Shown here in pieces: positions 37,701-55,017 of a DNA stretch of 64,000 bases (the stretch's first letter is position 1; the number at the start of each line of letters is the position of its first letter). The position numbers were made by a program, and so were the translations under genes. The notes beneath the pieces were generated by a model that did no database searches, was not told the origin of the DNA, and saw only the letters and a program-made list of their open reading frames with translations. Origin of the DNA: the human T2T-CHM13v2.0 reference genome, Homo sapiens. Where the stretch lies: NCBI GenBank assembly GCA_009914755.4, contig CP068257.2:16064001-16128000 (forward strand), read 5' to 3'.

Positions 37701-39499
37701 GATTGTCTTATAAGCTGTTAAACCAGTTTTTCAGCCCAGAGAATAGGCCAGTCCAGTTAAATAGTTAACAGTGAATCAGGCAGTGCTGTTGTTGATGGGC
37801 TTTCCCCAAAGTCAGTCCTCTATGTGATTTGAGCAATTGGATATTTAGTAAGAAGAACTTCTGTGCATATCAAAGAAAAACCAGAGTTAATGGTTAGAAC
37901 AAACTATAAACTCAGTTTTTTAGTCCAGAGGTCAGCCAGTTGAGAGGATTTTTAGATGTTGAGCTTGAAGCATGTTCAGATGAAGTCAGAGAAGATAGTG
38001 GCAATCTAGTTTGCAGTTTACATCAGATATTCCAGGAAACTTTCTGTGCAGTCAATACATCAACAAGCATGAAGACTGTTCAGATATTTAGTTGCTATAG
38101 TGATTTCTCTTAAAATTTATATCAAGTTGTCTAGCTTCAGCTCGTGGGGCTTTAGGAAAAAGCAGTTTTAATTTCAGTGATTCCAAGTCAGACATATGGG
38201 GAAAAATGAGAAATATTAGGTATAGACTTGTAACTACAGGAGAGTTCAGGATTGAGTCCAAATTGTAGATAAACAATAAAAACTGAAAAGCAATAGATGA
38301 GGTTATAATCTAATAATAGCTGTACTATAGTTTTTTTCTGAAACATAATTTCTTTCTCTCTGGTTTCCCATTTTTACTAAGGATGAATCACAATACAACC
38401 AATTTATTTGTAAAACAAGTTTTACTCTTATTATACTTGGCCTGATGATTTGCATAAAGTGCAGCAAGAATAGTGATTGGTCATATAGGCTCCTTTAAAT
38501 TGGCTTTGCTGAAACTTTTAAAATATGAAACCTCAAATTAGACTTTTAAAAGACCCTCTAGGTCAGCCAAGCTGATAATTTATTTGTGCCTGCAGATACC
38601 CGTATAAATTGGGTAAATTCTTCTCTTCTTGAGTTCCCAAAATAACTTGAGGTTCCTGGGCCGGTCAAGAAAGTGACATTCTTTACTTACCACAGGTCAG
38701 AAATTTTGTAAAGAAATTGCTTAGGCAAGGTAAGAGGCCAGTATTTTGAAGGGGTTTTTTATCAGTTCTATTAATTCACTTCAGTTCCTCAAAGCAGTCT
38801 GGTCATATGCCACTCCAGTCAAAGCCTTGGTAAAATAACCAGTGTTTCCAATTGTGTCCTGTTACAAAAGAAAACAGATTCTTATTGAATTTATGCAAAT
38901 AACTATATTGCCTTAAATTAAGAATACTCACAAATCATTTCAAATTCTGGAGAAATCTGGTAGAGAGAAAGAAAAATGCTTTCATTTTGCTTGCAAAAGT
39001 ATATTTTACCCAATTTGTTGTAAGTTATAAATAGCTTCAAAGAAAAAAAAGTTCTCTTTACCCTGGAAAACCAAACATTAATAGAATCAGCAATGTTTCT
39101 AACAAAAAAAGTCATTAAATTTATTTCAGACAATATGAATAATCATACCACAAAGTACCAAAAGGTATACCAGAGTCACTACACCAAGACCAGTCATATG
39201 CAAATGTTTTTCTTCCACTAATGAAAACTTTGCAGAGGAGACAAGTGGTCATTTTCATTGGCTGCCCAACCAGATTATACATAGAGAAAGGCTGGGAGTC
39301 TGACTGGTAGAAAAATTCTTATCTTTTTGCTGGCTTGTCAGGTTCTTGGGTTCTCATCTTTGTAGCTTCTAGAAGAGCAGAGCAGGTTTGATGATCCCGT
39401 TTGTAACACCAAACTACAGGAGCCAAGGCCGTTGGCCCCCTAAATTTTTGCTCGAAATCTCTGACGTGAGGCAGACTGATTAATAAAATAAAAATTTAT

Positions 39500-39786
39500 T
39501 TATTTTTTAAGACAGTGTCTTGCTCTGTTGTCCAGGTTGGAGTGCAATGGCATGATCTTGGCTCACTGCAGCCTCAACCTCCTGGGCTTCAGTGATCCTC
39601 TCACCTCAGCCTCCCAAGTAGCTCAGGCCACAGGGACCATGCCTGACTAATTGTTTATATTTTTTCTAGATATGGGGTGTCCCTATGCTGCCCAGGCTAG
39701 TCTTGAACTTCTGGGCTCAAGGGATCCTCCTGCTTCGGCCTCCCAAAAGTGGTGGCAATACAGGTGTGACCCACTGTGCCCCGCTT
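39500..39786 (-). mobile_element. AluJ nested in copy C1
   Basis: ttttttaagacagtgtcttgctctgttgtccaggttggagtgcaatggcatgatcttggctcactgcagcctcaacctcctgggcttcagtgatcctctcacctcagcctcccaagtagctcaggccacagggaccatgcctgactaattgtttatattttttctagatatggggtgtccctatgctgcccaggctagtcttgaacttctgggctcaagggatcctcctgcttcggcctcccaaaagtggtggcaatacaggtgtgacccactgtgcc. Confidence 0.85.
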
Positions 39787-39906
39787 CAAATTTACTTAAT
39801 GGGTATAAATGAATCTTCAGAATGAAGAGCCAAAGATAGAGGAGAAATTGTCCATTTTTATGTTTAGATTTAACAGTTAGATAGCCATGTAGAAATGTGA
39901 TTGGAT

Positions 39907-40603
<697 letters not shown>

Positions 40604-40813
40604 CTAGATTCTTCTCAGCCTGTCCGAGCACACATTCCTTTCTTCTGGATATGGGGCAGGATCCTTTCTGGAACGGGGATCTTATGACCTGTAGTCAAAC
40701 AAGGTAGGTCGGATAATTTCTTTGTGGTCAGTTTTTACACAGAAAGGCAGAGGGAAAATTAGAATAATCGTTTGAGGCTTTGTAACTAACTCTGGGGAGA
40801 AGGGGTTCTGGTT

Positions 40814-40815
<2 letters not shown>

Positions 40816-40863
<48 letters not shown>

Positions 40864-41144
40864 AGACGGAGTCTCGCTCTGTCACGCAGGCTGGAGTGCA
40901 GTGGCGTGATCTTGGCTCACTGCAAGCTCCGTCTCCCGGGTTCACGCCATTCTCCTGCCTCAGCCTCCTAAATAGCTGGGGCTACAGGTGCCCACCACCA
41001 TACCCGGCTAATTATTTTGTATTTTTAGTAGAGACGGGGTTTCTCCGTGTTAGCCAGGATGGTCTCGATCTCCTGACCTCGTGATCTGCCCGCCTCGGCC
41101 TCCCAAAGTGCTGGGATTACAGGCGTGAGCCACCGCGCCTGGCC
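40816..41144 (-). mobile_element. AluY/S with a T47 head and a perfect 15-bp TSD aggggttctggtttc (40801-40815 and 41145-41159), nested in copy C1
   Basis: T47 then gagacggagtctcgctctgtcacgcaggctggagtgcagtggcgtgatcttggctcactgcaagctccgtctcccgggttcacgccattctcctgcctcagcctcctaaatagctggggctacaggtgcccaccaccatacccggctaattattttgtatttttagtagagacggggtttctccgtgttagccaggatggtctcgatctcctgacctcgtgatctgcccgcctcggcctcccaaagtgctgggattacaggcgtgagccaccgcgcctggcc. Confidence 0.92.
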
Positions 41145-41319
41145 AGGGGTTCTGGTTTCTAAGACCCACCGTGGGGAAGAGGGATTCTAGTTTCTATGGC
41201 TAGTCTCCAGGGAAAATGGGACTGAGAGATAGTAGGGCAGAGAAAAACTTTTGCTTCTGAGGCTGCTGTTGAGGCCCTTATTTGGGGGTGTTGTATTCTG
41301 AGCCCTAACATTAATAAGA

Positions 41320-41660
41320 GAAAAGCCATACCAATTAAAGTTTTACATGACGTGGGAGCCTTCATAAGGAAATGAAGACCCGAAGAAACAAACCTGAAGC
41401 TTTTTACAGTAGGTTTGATCAAGAGTAGACAATCATGGAGAAATATGATAGGACAAAGATGGTTTAAACTAAATGTAATCAATGGAGGAAAACTTAGTAA
41501 AGTCTATTTGTTCAGATTCTTTTTTGTGTCTCTGTGTCTTCAGATATAAGGATGTTCCTTCCTGTGGGTATGGGGAGGGTGTTACGACCTGTTCCAGGGA
41601 AAAAGGGTAGGGCAAGATCAGAGTGACCTTTCTACTTCTGTGGTTTTCTTAAATTCCTTC
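41320..41660 (-). mobile_element. Unnamed LTR-like repeat, copy C2 (truncated, directly abutting C1, most similar to copy A)
   Basis: aataagagaaaagccataccaattaaagttttacatgacgtgggagccttcataaggaaatgaagacccgaagaaacaaacctgaagctttttacagtaggtttgatcaagagtagacaatcatggagaaatatgataggacaaagatgg ... ttgttcagattcttttttgtgtctctgtgtcttcagatataaggatgttcc is colinear with copy A (tttatgcttaggtttgatgaagaatggacagccacgtagaaatgtgattgaacaaaaagagta ... ctgttcagattcttctagatgtctctgggtagcatttcc). Confidence 0.45.
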
Positions 41661-43385
41661 AGCTTTGGGGTAACATGTGTTTAACCCCACCATGGGAAAG
41701 TGGACAACAGTATCAATGGCTTCTAATTCTTACAGTAAAAATGTCTCATAAATATTACATAAAATCTGGCTTTAAGGAAGGTAAAATTGGATTTATCCAA
41801 CACTGTTACAGGGAAGCATTTCTAATGATTCAAGGGGACAGGAAACTGAACAAATGATATTGGCAATGTTGAATATGTGTCCAGGAGCTCACTGAGGAGG
41901 GAACTTGGCTTAGTCATCTCGGGGTCTTTAGGACCTAGAGCTTAGCCCTGACTTATAGCTTCATAAAGTGTTTACTGTTCCTTATAAGATCCTTTAAAAT
42001 TCTTCCTTAGTGACCATGAGAAGGCAGTTTTTATCTTCCCAGAAACAGATTTGAATAATTTAAAACCAGTTGTAGCCACCGTGGGGTTGTAGAGTATCGA
42101 AGTTAACAGTTGAGGGGCTGAATTCAAGCTGCAGACAAATTAATTTTTTTGGTCTTTATCAGCTCAGATTGTAAAACATTAAATTTAGATTCCCTTGGAA
42201 GAGAAGTACACTCTCCAGTTTTAAACTTTCTCTGCACTCTCTTAAGGTTCAATAATTTGGATCCCTGGAACAAACTGATAGTAGGCAGATTCACAGAAGG
42301 AAAAGCATACAGTTCATTACTTGCAATTGAACAGAAGCCTCACAAAATATAAGAGTCAAAGAAAGACCAGATGACTAAAGTTGTTATGCCACACAGAAAG
42401 GAATTGAAGCTAGGGTGCCCTGGAGGGTGGTGGCAACAAGCTATGGGGGCAAGAGGAGGAACTGTACAGCGAGTAAAAGCTGTCTTATTATGCAGATCAA
42501 GTCTCTATGGCAGCAGCCCTCAGAAGAATAGATGATAGCCAGTGGTACAAGTTTCTCTGAAGGAGGTATCAGACTATTATTCTCTTTCTGTGAGTTAATC
42601 TTTCGTGGTTGCTATTTTTCTGGGGGAACTTCCCTGAGTCAGATAAGGCAAGATCAGAGAAAACCCTTACCTGCATTTGCTGCTTTCCAGGTGCTCTCAG
42701 TTTGAGTTTTAAAGCGGCATATTTGAGGGTATCATTTTCTGAGCTGCAACACAAGTGTTTCTTATTATATGACAATTGTTTTGCTAGCCTTATGCCTGAA
42801 GGCACTGGAGTTTGACCCTTTCTCAATACCTGAGAAACGAAGAAGCGCAGCTAGCTGAGTGAGCTGATGTAAAAAACCCAAAATCAGTGTTTTCAAGCTT
42901 GCATCGCTACATCAAGTGGCTTCCTAAACTAGGGGAAGATACTTGCATCTTCTTATTTGTTCAATTTGCCTCTCTGGTTTCCAGTTGCCCTATTAGCAGG
43001 CAATCTAGAACCTCCTTCTTAATGACCCGCTCCAGCCAGGTAGGTCCTATTTGCAAACACCAGATTTTCCAGGCACCGTTAGACACTGATGGCACCACTG
43101 GCTTACAAAATTCTTTTGGTGCACCTCCCAGGCTTAGGGATTATTTTCCAAACACAACTGCTGAGGCCAGATTCTGGGCCTGGCCTGTGTGTCTAGCATC
43201 AATTTCCCACTGTGCTCAAACCAGTGTTTCCCTCTCACCCAACAACAACTTCCTATACCTTTGTCTGGGGAGCTCAGACTTGGAGTATATCAGGAAGGGA
43301 ACAGGCATATGATTTGGATACAGCACCACATTCTTTCTTGGACCCTGGTCCCCAGCTAGACTGACCTTGCCTCCAGGTGACTGTT

Positions 43386-47631
<4,246 letters not shown>

Positions 47632-48942
47632 CCTCCAGGTGACTGTTGACCCTGACAGAATTTTCCTAACTTCAAGGTTCTGGGAACAGAGTGGGACTGT
47701 TGATATCTTCCTTCCCAGAAGGCTCTAGATTCTTTATGTAAGCCAATCCATTTCCTCCCAAGAGACAGCTTGGTTACCTTGTGTTTCCTTGAATCACTAG
47801 ACCTTTGCTGGAATAACAAAAACTCTTTTTCATGCTCTGGAGCCCTGCACCCACGCCATCAGGCCTATTCTCTCCACATTTACTAATTAAGAAAGATCAC
47901 TCAAATCCTTCCTGCAATGGAGAAGACTTGCTTGCTTCCTGGTGACTTTCCCTAATTTATTTTTAAACCACGTCAAGCATCCTGTTGGCTCCTGCACAGG
48001 GATCCTACTGCATTCACATTTTTCACATGGAACTTTGTGTGGACTTAGAAGACAGAAACTCGTACATAAATAATTCACAAAGAAAGACGATAGGATCTAG
48101 TAATGTGGGCAAATTCTGTGAAATGGTTACCTGAATTATAAATTATAAGGGTCTATAAAGTCTCAGTTTTCAGAAGGCTTTTACCAAATCCAATAATTAA
48201 GTGCATTGCCAGAACTTTCTAGATTCTGAGCTGCTTTCCAACAGGGTCCCATTTATGCTCCTTTCTATTTCATACATAATTTAAAAATCTCAAAGAATGT
48301 ACCCTGGGAATATTCTAAATACGAGTGGCCAGATCCTGTCCAATAAAAAAAAATGATTTTAAGATCGGTTCTACCAATGTGACTCCATCTGATTGAATTG
48401 AGAAAGTGATCACATTTGGTAGTAGGGCAGCCCTTTTACTAAATTATAAATATGTTAACTAAATGGTACTGCATCCAAATACTGCATCCAAATCATATGC
48501 CTGTTCCCTTCCTGATATACTCCAAATCTGAGCTTCCCAGATAAATATTCAATGAAAAGGCTTTAAGCACAGAGCTTCTCCTACTGGCCATTTAAACAAT
48601 GAGGTGTAGGAATGTTTCAGGAGAAATGTAGGCATTTATGATTTTAATTGACTGTTTTTCAATTTTAACTCATAGCAGACTTAATTGTGGCCTAAGTTGC
48701 ATGTGCCCACTGGAGACACTTCCTGTTTTTTAAAATTTTTGTTACTTTAAAAATATTAATGAATCCACCTGGCTAGAAACACCTATACAATCTATCCAGT
48801 GAGCAGGCTCCTTTCCACCCCTGTCCTACGCTGCCTTAGTTGTCACCATCTTTCCAATAGGGTAACATTTATTCCATTAACTTAAGAGATTTTAAATTTG
48901 TGTGTGTGTATATGCATGCATGTATGTATATATGTAGATTGT

Positions 48943-49554
48943 TGGGAGTTCAAAACACAATACCCCAAAGTATGGTGTTTTGGCATGCTCAATACTTTAA
49001 ACTGAAGGACATTGGAAAGGCCTCAGAACCAAGGTCTCTCTGACCCTCTGCTGCTCTCCTGTCTTCCACCCCTCTTCCTCCCCCAAACTGAGTTATAGTA
49101 ACCAGAATTTCTCTTGCCCAAGGTGGATCATAGAAACTAGAACCCCTCTCTTCCAAATCAAGCCATAAAACCTAGGAAGGTCACTTTATCCCTTTTCTCC
49201 TGAGACCCTCATTCCAGAAAGGTCCTGCCCCATACCCAGGAGGATGGATTGCTACGTGGAGAAGTCAAGAAGAATCTGGACAGACAGGCCGGGCTGGGTT
49301 TCCTTCCTCCATCTACTACCATTAAATCATACCCTTTTGTGCAATCACATTTCCACACTGCTGTCCACACTTCATCAAAACTAAGCATAAAAAGAAACAG
49401 TTTTCCCTGGGTCTTTGGGTTTTCATTTCTGAAGACTCTCATGTCATATAAAACTTTGATTAATGCACCTGTTATGCCTTTTCCTTGTTAACCTGTCTTT
49501 TGTTATAGAAATGTCAGCCTGATAATTGGTGAGAAAATGTATCATACCTTTCTG
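48943..49554 (+). mobile_element. Unnamed LTR-like repeat, copy D (about 612 bp, tgggag...ctacaaca, consistent with TG...CA termini). It is preceded by a TG/TA-rich simple repeat (48896-48937)
   Basis: tgggagttcaaaacacaataccccaaagtatggtgttttggcatgctcaatactttaaactgaaggacattggaaaggcctcagaaccaaggtctctctgaccctctgc ... ccaaggtggatcatagaaactagaacccctctcttccaaatcaagccataaaacctaggaaggtcac ... tgttatgccttttccttgttaacctgtcttttgttatagaaatgtcagcctgataattggtgagaaaatgtatcatacctttctgcttctacaaca. This is the reverse complement of the unit seen in copies A, B, C1 and C2. Confidence 0.55.
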
Positions 49555-49599
49555 CTTCTACAACATACACATATGTGAACATATATACATGTGCCTTGT

Positions 49600-49640
49600 A
49601 TGTATGTAGGTACATATGTTGTGTGTGTGTGTCTGGAGGA
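49600..49640. repeat. (GT)n microsatellite
   Basis: gtaggtacatatgttgtgtgtgtgtgtctgg. Confidence 0.8.
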
Positions 49641-49749
49641 GGTGAGGGAGGGAGACAGGAATACAAATAGGGAGTGGGAGAGAAATAGAAATGAACTCGG
49701 TTAATATATAAGCAGATACTAATGTTACTTTTCTGCCCTTTTTACGCAA

Positions 49750-51089
<1,340 letters not shown>

Positions 51090-51090
<1 letters not shown>

Positions 51091-51684
51091 TTTGGAGAAG
51101 GGGTCTCACTTTGTCATACAGGCTGAAGTGCAGAGGTGTAATTACAACCCACTGCAGCCTCTACCTTCTGGGCTCAAGTGATCCTCCCCACTCAGCCTCC
51201 TGAGTAGCTGGGACCACAGGCATGTGCCACCATGACTGGCTAATTTTTAAATTTTTTGTAGTGATAAGGTCTCTCTATGTTGCTCCAGCTGGTCTCCAAC
51301 TCCTGGGTTCAAGGAATGCTCCCACCTCTGCCTCCCAAAGTGCTGGGATTACAGACATGACCCACCGTGCCCAGGCTGCTTATTTTTATTTTTATTTTTT
51401 TGAGACAAGATTTTGCTCTGTCACCCAGCCTGGAGTGTGTAGTGGCATGATCTCAGCTCACTGCACCCTCGACTTCCTGAGCTCAGGTGATTCTCCCACC
51501 TCAGCCTTCTAAGTAGCTGGGACTACAGGCCCACATCACCACGCCAGGCTAACTTTTGTATTTTTAGTAGAGACAGGATTTCAGCGTGTTACCCACGCTG
51601 GTCTCAAACTCCTGGGCTCAAGCAATCCTCCCACCTCGGGCTCCAAAAATGCTAGGATTACAGGCGTGAGCCACCCAGCCTGGC
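51090..51684 (-). mobile_element. Two adjacent antisense Alus: AluJ 51090-51375 and AluS/J 51395-51684 (the second with TSD tgcttat)
   Basis: (1) gagaaggggtctcactttgtcatacaggctgaagtgcagaggtgtaattacaacccactgcagcctctaccttctgggctcaagtgatcctccccactcagcctcctgagtagctgggaccacaggcatgtgccaccatgactggctaatttttaaattttttgtagtgataaggtctctctatgttgctccagctggtctccaactcctgggttcaaggaatgctcccacctctgcctcccaaagtgctgggattacagacatgacccaccgtgcccaggc. (2) ttttttgagacaagattttgctctgtcacccagcctggagtgtgtagtggcatgatctcagctcactgcaccctcgacttcctgagctcaggtgattctcccacctcagccttctaagtagctgggactacaggcccacatcaccacgccaggctaacttttgtatttttagtagagacaggatttcagcgtgttacccacgctggtctcaaactcctgggctcaagcaatcctcccacctcgggctccaaaaatgctaggattacaggcgtgagccacccagcctggcc. 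Confidence 0.85.
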
Positions 51685-52006
51685 CTGCTTATGAATTTTG
51701 GTCTAGTTTTAGACATCCTATTCTACAACTTGGCTAGTCTGTTTATTCATGTGTCAGCTGTTTTAACTATTAAGGTGTTATATGTCCTATCTAGAAGGGC
51801 CAATCCTCCTGTGTTGCTCTTCATTGTTATAATTTTCCTGGTTGTTTTTGCTTATTTATCTTTTCAAATGAATGTCAGTGTTAACTTGCCTGGTTTAAAA
51901 AACCGTATTTTATTGAAGTTGTATTAAGAGAATAAAAAACTGTGGATAATTAAAATTTTTATGGTATCAATTTTTTTCTCATTCTAACAAAAAGTATGAC
52001 TTTCCT

Positions 52007-53600
52007 TTTTTTTTTTTTGTCTTGCGATGGAGTCTCACTCTGTCGCCCAGGCTGGAGTGCAGTGGCTCGATCTCAGCTCGCTGCAGCTGTGTCCAGAACT
52101 GGTGGGTTCTTGGTCTCACTGACTTCAAGAATGAAGCCGCGGACCCTTGTGGTGAGTGTTACAGTTCTTAAAGGCGGTGTGTCCGGAGTTTGTTCCTTCT
52201 GATGTTCGGATGTGTTTGGAGTTTCTTCCTTCTGGTGGGTTCGTGGTCTCACTGGCTCAGGAGTGAAGCTGCAGACCTTTGCGGTGAGTGTTACAGCTCT
52301 TAAGGTGGCGTGTCTGGAGTTGTTCGTTCCTCCCTGTGGGTTCATGGTCTTGCTGGCTTCAGAAGTGAAGCTGCAGACCTTCACGATGAATGTTACAGCT
52401 CATAAAGGCAGTGTGGACCCAAAGATTGAGCAGTAGCAAGATTTATTGCAAAGAGCAAAAGAACAAAGCTTCCATGGTGTGGAAGGGGACCGGAGCCACT
52501 GCTAGCCTGGGCAGCCTGCTTTTATTCTCTTATCTGGCCCCACCCACATCCTGCTGATTGGTCCATTTTACAAAGAGCTGATTGGTCCGTTTTGACAAGG
52601 TGCTGATTGGTGCGTTTACAATCCCTGAGCTAGACACAAAAGTTCTCCACCACCCCACTAGATGATAATAGATACAGAGTGTTGATTGGTGTATTTACAA
52701 ACCTTGAGCTAGATATAGAGTGCCAATTGGTGCATTCACAAACCCTGAGCTAGACACAGGGTGCTGATTGGTGTGTTTGCAAACCTTGAGCTAGATACGG
52801 AGTGCTGATTGGTGTATTTACAATCCCTTAGCTAGACATAAAGGTTCTCCAAGTCCCCATCAGACTCAGGAGCCCAGCTGGCTTCACCCAGTGGATCTGG
52901 CACTGGGGTCGCAGGTGGAGCTGCCTGCCAGTCCCGTGCCGTGTGCCCGCACTCCTCAGCTCTTGGGTGGTCGATGGGACTGGGCGCTGTGGAGCAGGGG
53001 GTGGTGCTCCTAGGGGAGGCTCGGGCCCCACAGGAGCCCACTGAGAGAGGGGGAGGCTCAGGCATGGCGTGCTGCAGGTCCCGAGCCCTGCCCGGCAGGG
53101 TGGCAGCTAAGACCCGGCGAGAAATCCAGTGCAGCGCCGGTGGGCCAGCACTGCTGGGGGACCCAGCCCACCCTCCGCAGCCTCCTGGCCCAGGTGCTAA
53201 GCCCCTCATTGCCCGGGCTGACCTGCCAGCCCGCTGCTCCAAGTGCAGGGCCCACGGAGCCCATGCCCACCCAGAACTCGCACTGGCCCGCAAGCATGGC
53301 ATGCAGCCCTGGTTCCCTCCTGCGCCCCTCCCTCCACACCTCCCCGCAAGCTGAGGGAGTCGGCTCCGGCCTTGGCCAGCCCAGAAAGGGGCCCCCACAG
53401 TGCAGCGGCGGGCTGAAGGGCTCCTCAAGCACAGGCAGAGTGGGCGCCAAGGCCGAGGAGGCACCGAGAGCGAGTGAGGGCTGTGAGGGCTGCCAGCACG
53501 CTGTCACCTCTCACAGCCTCTGCCTCCCAGGTACAAGTGATTCTCCTGCCTCAGCCTCCTGAGTAGCTGGGATTACAGGTATGCACCACCATAACTGGTT
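52007..53600 (-). mobile_element. Alu (antisense) split into 52007-52087 and 53514-53600 by an LTR12 insertion
   Basis: T13 gtcttgcgatggagtctcactctgtcgcccaggctggagtgcagtggctcgatctcagctcgctgcagc | LTR12 | cagcctctgcctcccaggtacaagtgattctcctgcctcagcctcctgagtagctgggattacaggtatgcaccaccataactgg. The two halves form one contiguous Alu if 52088-53517 is removed. Confidence 0.85.
52088..53513 (-). mobile_element. LTR12 (HERV9-type) solo LTR of about 1.43 kb with 4-bp TSD cagc (52084-52087 and 53514-53517)
   Basis: The reverse complement matches remembered LTR12 landmarks: 3' end ...gaacccaccaattccggacaca; tandem U5/R repeats (ggtgggttcgtggtctcactggctcaggagtgaagctgcagacctttgcggtgagtgttacagctcttaaggtggcgtgtctggag, twice or more); gcaaagagcaaaagaacaaagcttccatggtgtggaaggggacc ... 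gcctgcttttattctcttatctggccccacccacatcctgctgattggtccattttacaa; and repeated CCAAT-box subrepeats (gctgattggtgcgtttacaatccctgagctagacac, four times or more). It ends in a GC-rich U3 (to 53513) whose reverse complement starts tgagaggtgacagcgtgctggcagccctcacagccctcactcgctctcggtgcctcc. Confidence 0.85.
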
Positions 53601-53714
53601 TTGATCGATTCTTTTTTTGTGTCCTTGAGAGGGTTTTAAAATTGTCTACCTTTAGCTCTTGTTCATTTCTTATTAAGATAATTTCTAAGTATTCTATAAT
53701 TTTTGTTGCTATTG

Positions 53715-54745
53715 CTGGGGCTTGGAATGCAATACCCCATAGTATGGCACCTTGGCAGGCTGAATACTTTGGACTGAAGGAAATTGGAAAGGCCTCAGAA
53801 GCAAGCTCTTTCTGACCTTCTCCCATCCTCCTGTTCCTCTGTCTCCCCTAAATCTAAGTGAGTCTTAAAAACCAGAATTCCTCTTCCCCAAGGTAGGTCA
53901 TAAAAACTTGAACCCCTCTACCCCAAATCAAATCATAAAACCTATAAATGTCACACTCTCCCTTCTCCCTTAAGACCCTTATTAGATGCAGGTCCTCCCC
54001 TATATCTGGGAAAAAGGCATCCTTCACAGAGAAATCAAGAAGTATCTGAACAGAGAGGCCTGCTGGTGTCCCCCCTGCTGTGGTTTGGATATGGTTTGTT
54101 TGGCCCCACTGAGTCTTATGTTGAAATTTGATTCCAATGTTGCAAGTGGGGTGTGGTAAGAGATGTTTGGGCCATGAGGGTGGATCCCTCATGAGTGACT
54201 TGGTTCCATTCTCACAGGAGTGAGTTCTCACTCTTAGCTCCCAAAACAACTGTTTGTTGAAAAGAGCCTGATACCGCCTCCTCTCTCCCTCTTGCTTCCT
54301 GTCCTGGTGTGTGACCTCTGTACACTTCGGGTTCCCTTTGCCTTCTGCCGTGAGTAGAAGCAGCCTGACGCTCTTGCCAGAGCAGATGCTAGTGCTATGC
54401 TTCTGGCATGGCCAGCAGAACTGTGAGCCACATTTTCTTTATAAATTACCCAGCCTCAGGTATTTCTTTATTGCAACACAAATGAATTAAGGCACCCTCT
54501 CATTCTATTACCATTGGATCGTGTCCATTGTCTAATCACATTTCTCCACAGCTGTCCACTCTTCATTGGACCTAAGCCCTGGGTCTTTGGGTCTTCAATT
54601 CTGAAGTTTCCTGTGTTACCTAAAACTTCGGTTAAATACATTTGTTATGCTTTTCTCTTGTTAACCTGCCTTTTGTTAGAGGAGTGTCAGCTGTGACCCT
54701 TATGATGGGTGAGAAAATGTATCACATCTTTCTGACCCTACACTA
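53715..54745 (+). mobile_element. Unnamed LTR-like repeat, copy E (tggggcttggaatgc ... ccctacacta), interrupted at 54076-54491 by an MST-type MaLR LTR
   Basis: Colinear with copy D on both sides of the insertion (gaaaggcctcagaagcaagctctttctgaccttctcc ... ccaaggtaggtcataaaaacttgaacccctctaccccaaatcaaatcataaaacctataaatgtcac ... cagagaaatcaagaagtatctgaacagagaggcctgctgg || cattctattaccattggatcgtgtccattgtctaatcacatttctccacagctgtccactcttcattggacctaagccctgggtctttgggtcttcaattctgaag ... tgttatgcttttctcttgttaacctgccttttgttagaggagtgtcagctgtga...gggtgagaaaatgtatcacatctttctgaccctacacta). Confidence 0.55.
54076..54491 (+). mobile_element. MST/THE1-type MaLR solo LTR nested in copy E
   Basis: tgctgtggtttggatatggtttgtttggccccactgagtcttatgttgaaatttgattccaatgttgcaagtggggtgtggtaagagatgtttgggccatgagggtggatccctcatgagtgacttggttccattctcacaggagtgagttctcactcttagctcc ... 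gaactgtgagccacattttctttataaattacccagcctcaggtatttctttattgcaacacaaatgaattaa. Confidence 0.75.
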
Positions 54746-54974
54746 TTGTAAATGGGACGATCACTGGTTACTAATGTCAATAGAAGTGACTCCTATGTAG
54801 CACAGCAGTAAGAATGGCCTCTTACTGGGTCAGCTAATCCCACACAGTAGATTAAAACAAGTTCATTTCTAGGAAAACATTCTCTCCATCACATTAAAAA
54901 ATTTATTTTTTAAAATTCGCAGACAAAATTGTATATATTTATCATGTATGACATGATGTCTTGAAATATATAAT

Positions 54975-55017
54975 CCCAAAGGGCTGGGATTACAGATGTG
55001 AGCCGCCGTGCCTGGCC
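54975..55017 (-). mobile_element. 43-bp Alu 5'-terminal fragment (antisense)
   Basis: cccaaagggctgggattacagatgtgagccgccgtgcctggcc. Confidence 0.7.

Noticed and set aside
35660-39426. Possibility that the spacers between same-strand LTR-like copies A, B and C1 are ERV internal (gag/pol) sequence, that is, a provirus
   Set aside because: I could not recognise any retroviral protein motif (no long ORFs, no YXDD, protease DTG or PBS-like signal) by eye in 35660-37026 or 37700-39426. It is left as an open question under the clustered-LTR finding rather than annotated.
42887-43312. 141-aa plus-strand ORF (MFSSLHRYIKWLPKLGEDTC...)
   Set aside because: It has no recognisable domain, no splice or promoter context and average composition for unique intergenic DNA. 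Its length is within chance expectation for AT-moderate sequence, and it abuts the L1 TSD.
52832-53562. GC-rich block with 137-210-aa ORFs on both strands, resembling a CpG-island first exon
   Set aside because: The sequence is the U3 region of an LTR12 solo LTR (CCAAT subrepeats, U5/R tandem units, 4-bp TSD, inserted into an Alu). The ORFs are compositional artefacts.
54975-55017. Possible tiny insertion with 8-bp TSD (ccaaaggg ... ccaaaggg) around a 32-bp Alu-like segment
   Set aside because: The upstream ccaaaggg is itself part of the Alu consensus (cccaaagtgctgggattacag), so the apparent TSD is just the Alu sequence plus a chance downstream match. It is annotated simply as a 43-bp Alu fragment.
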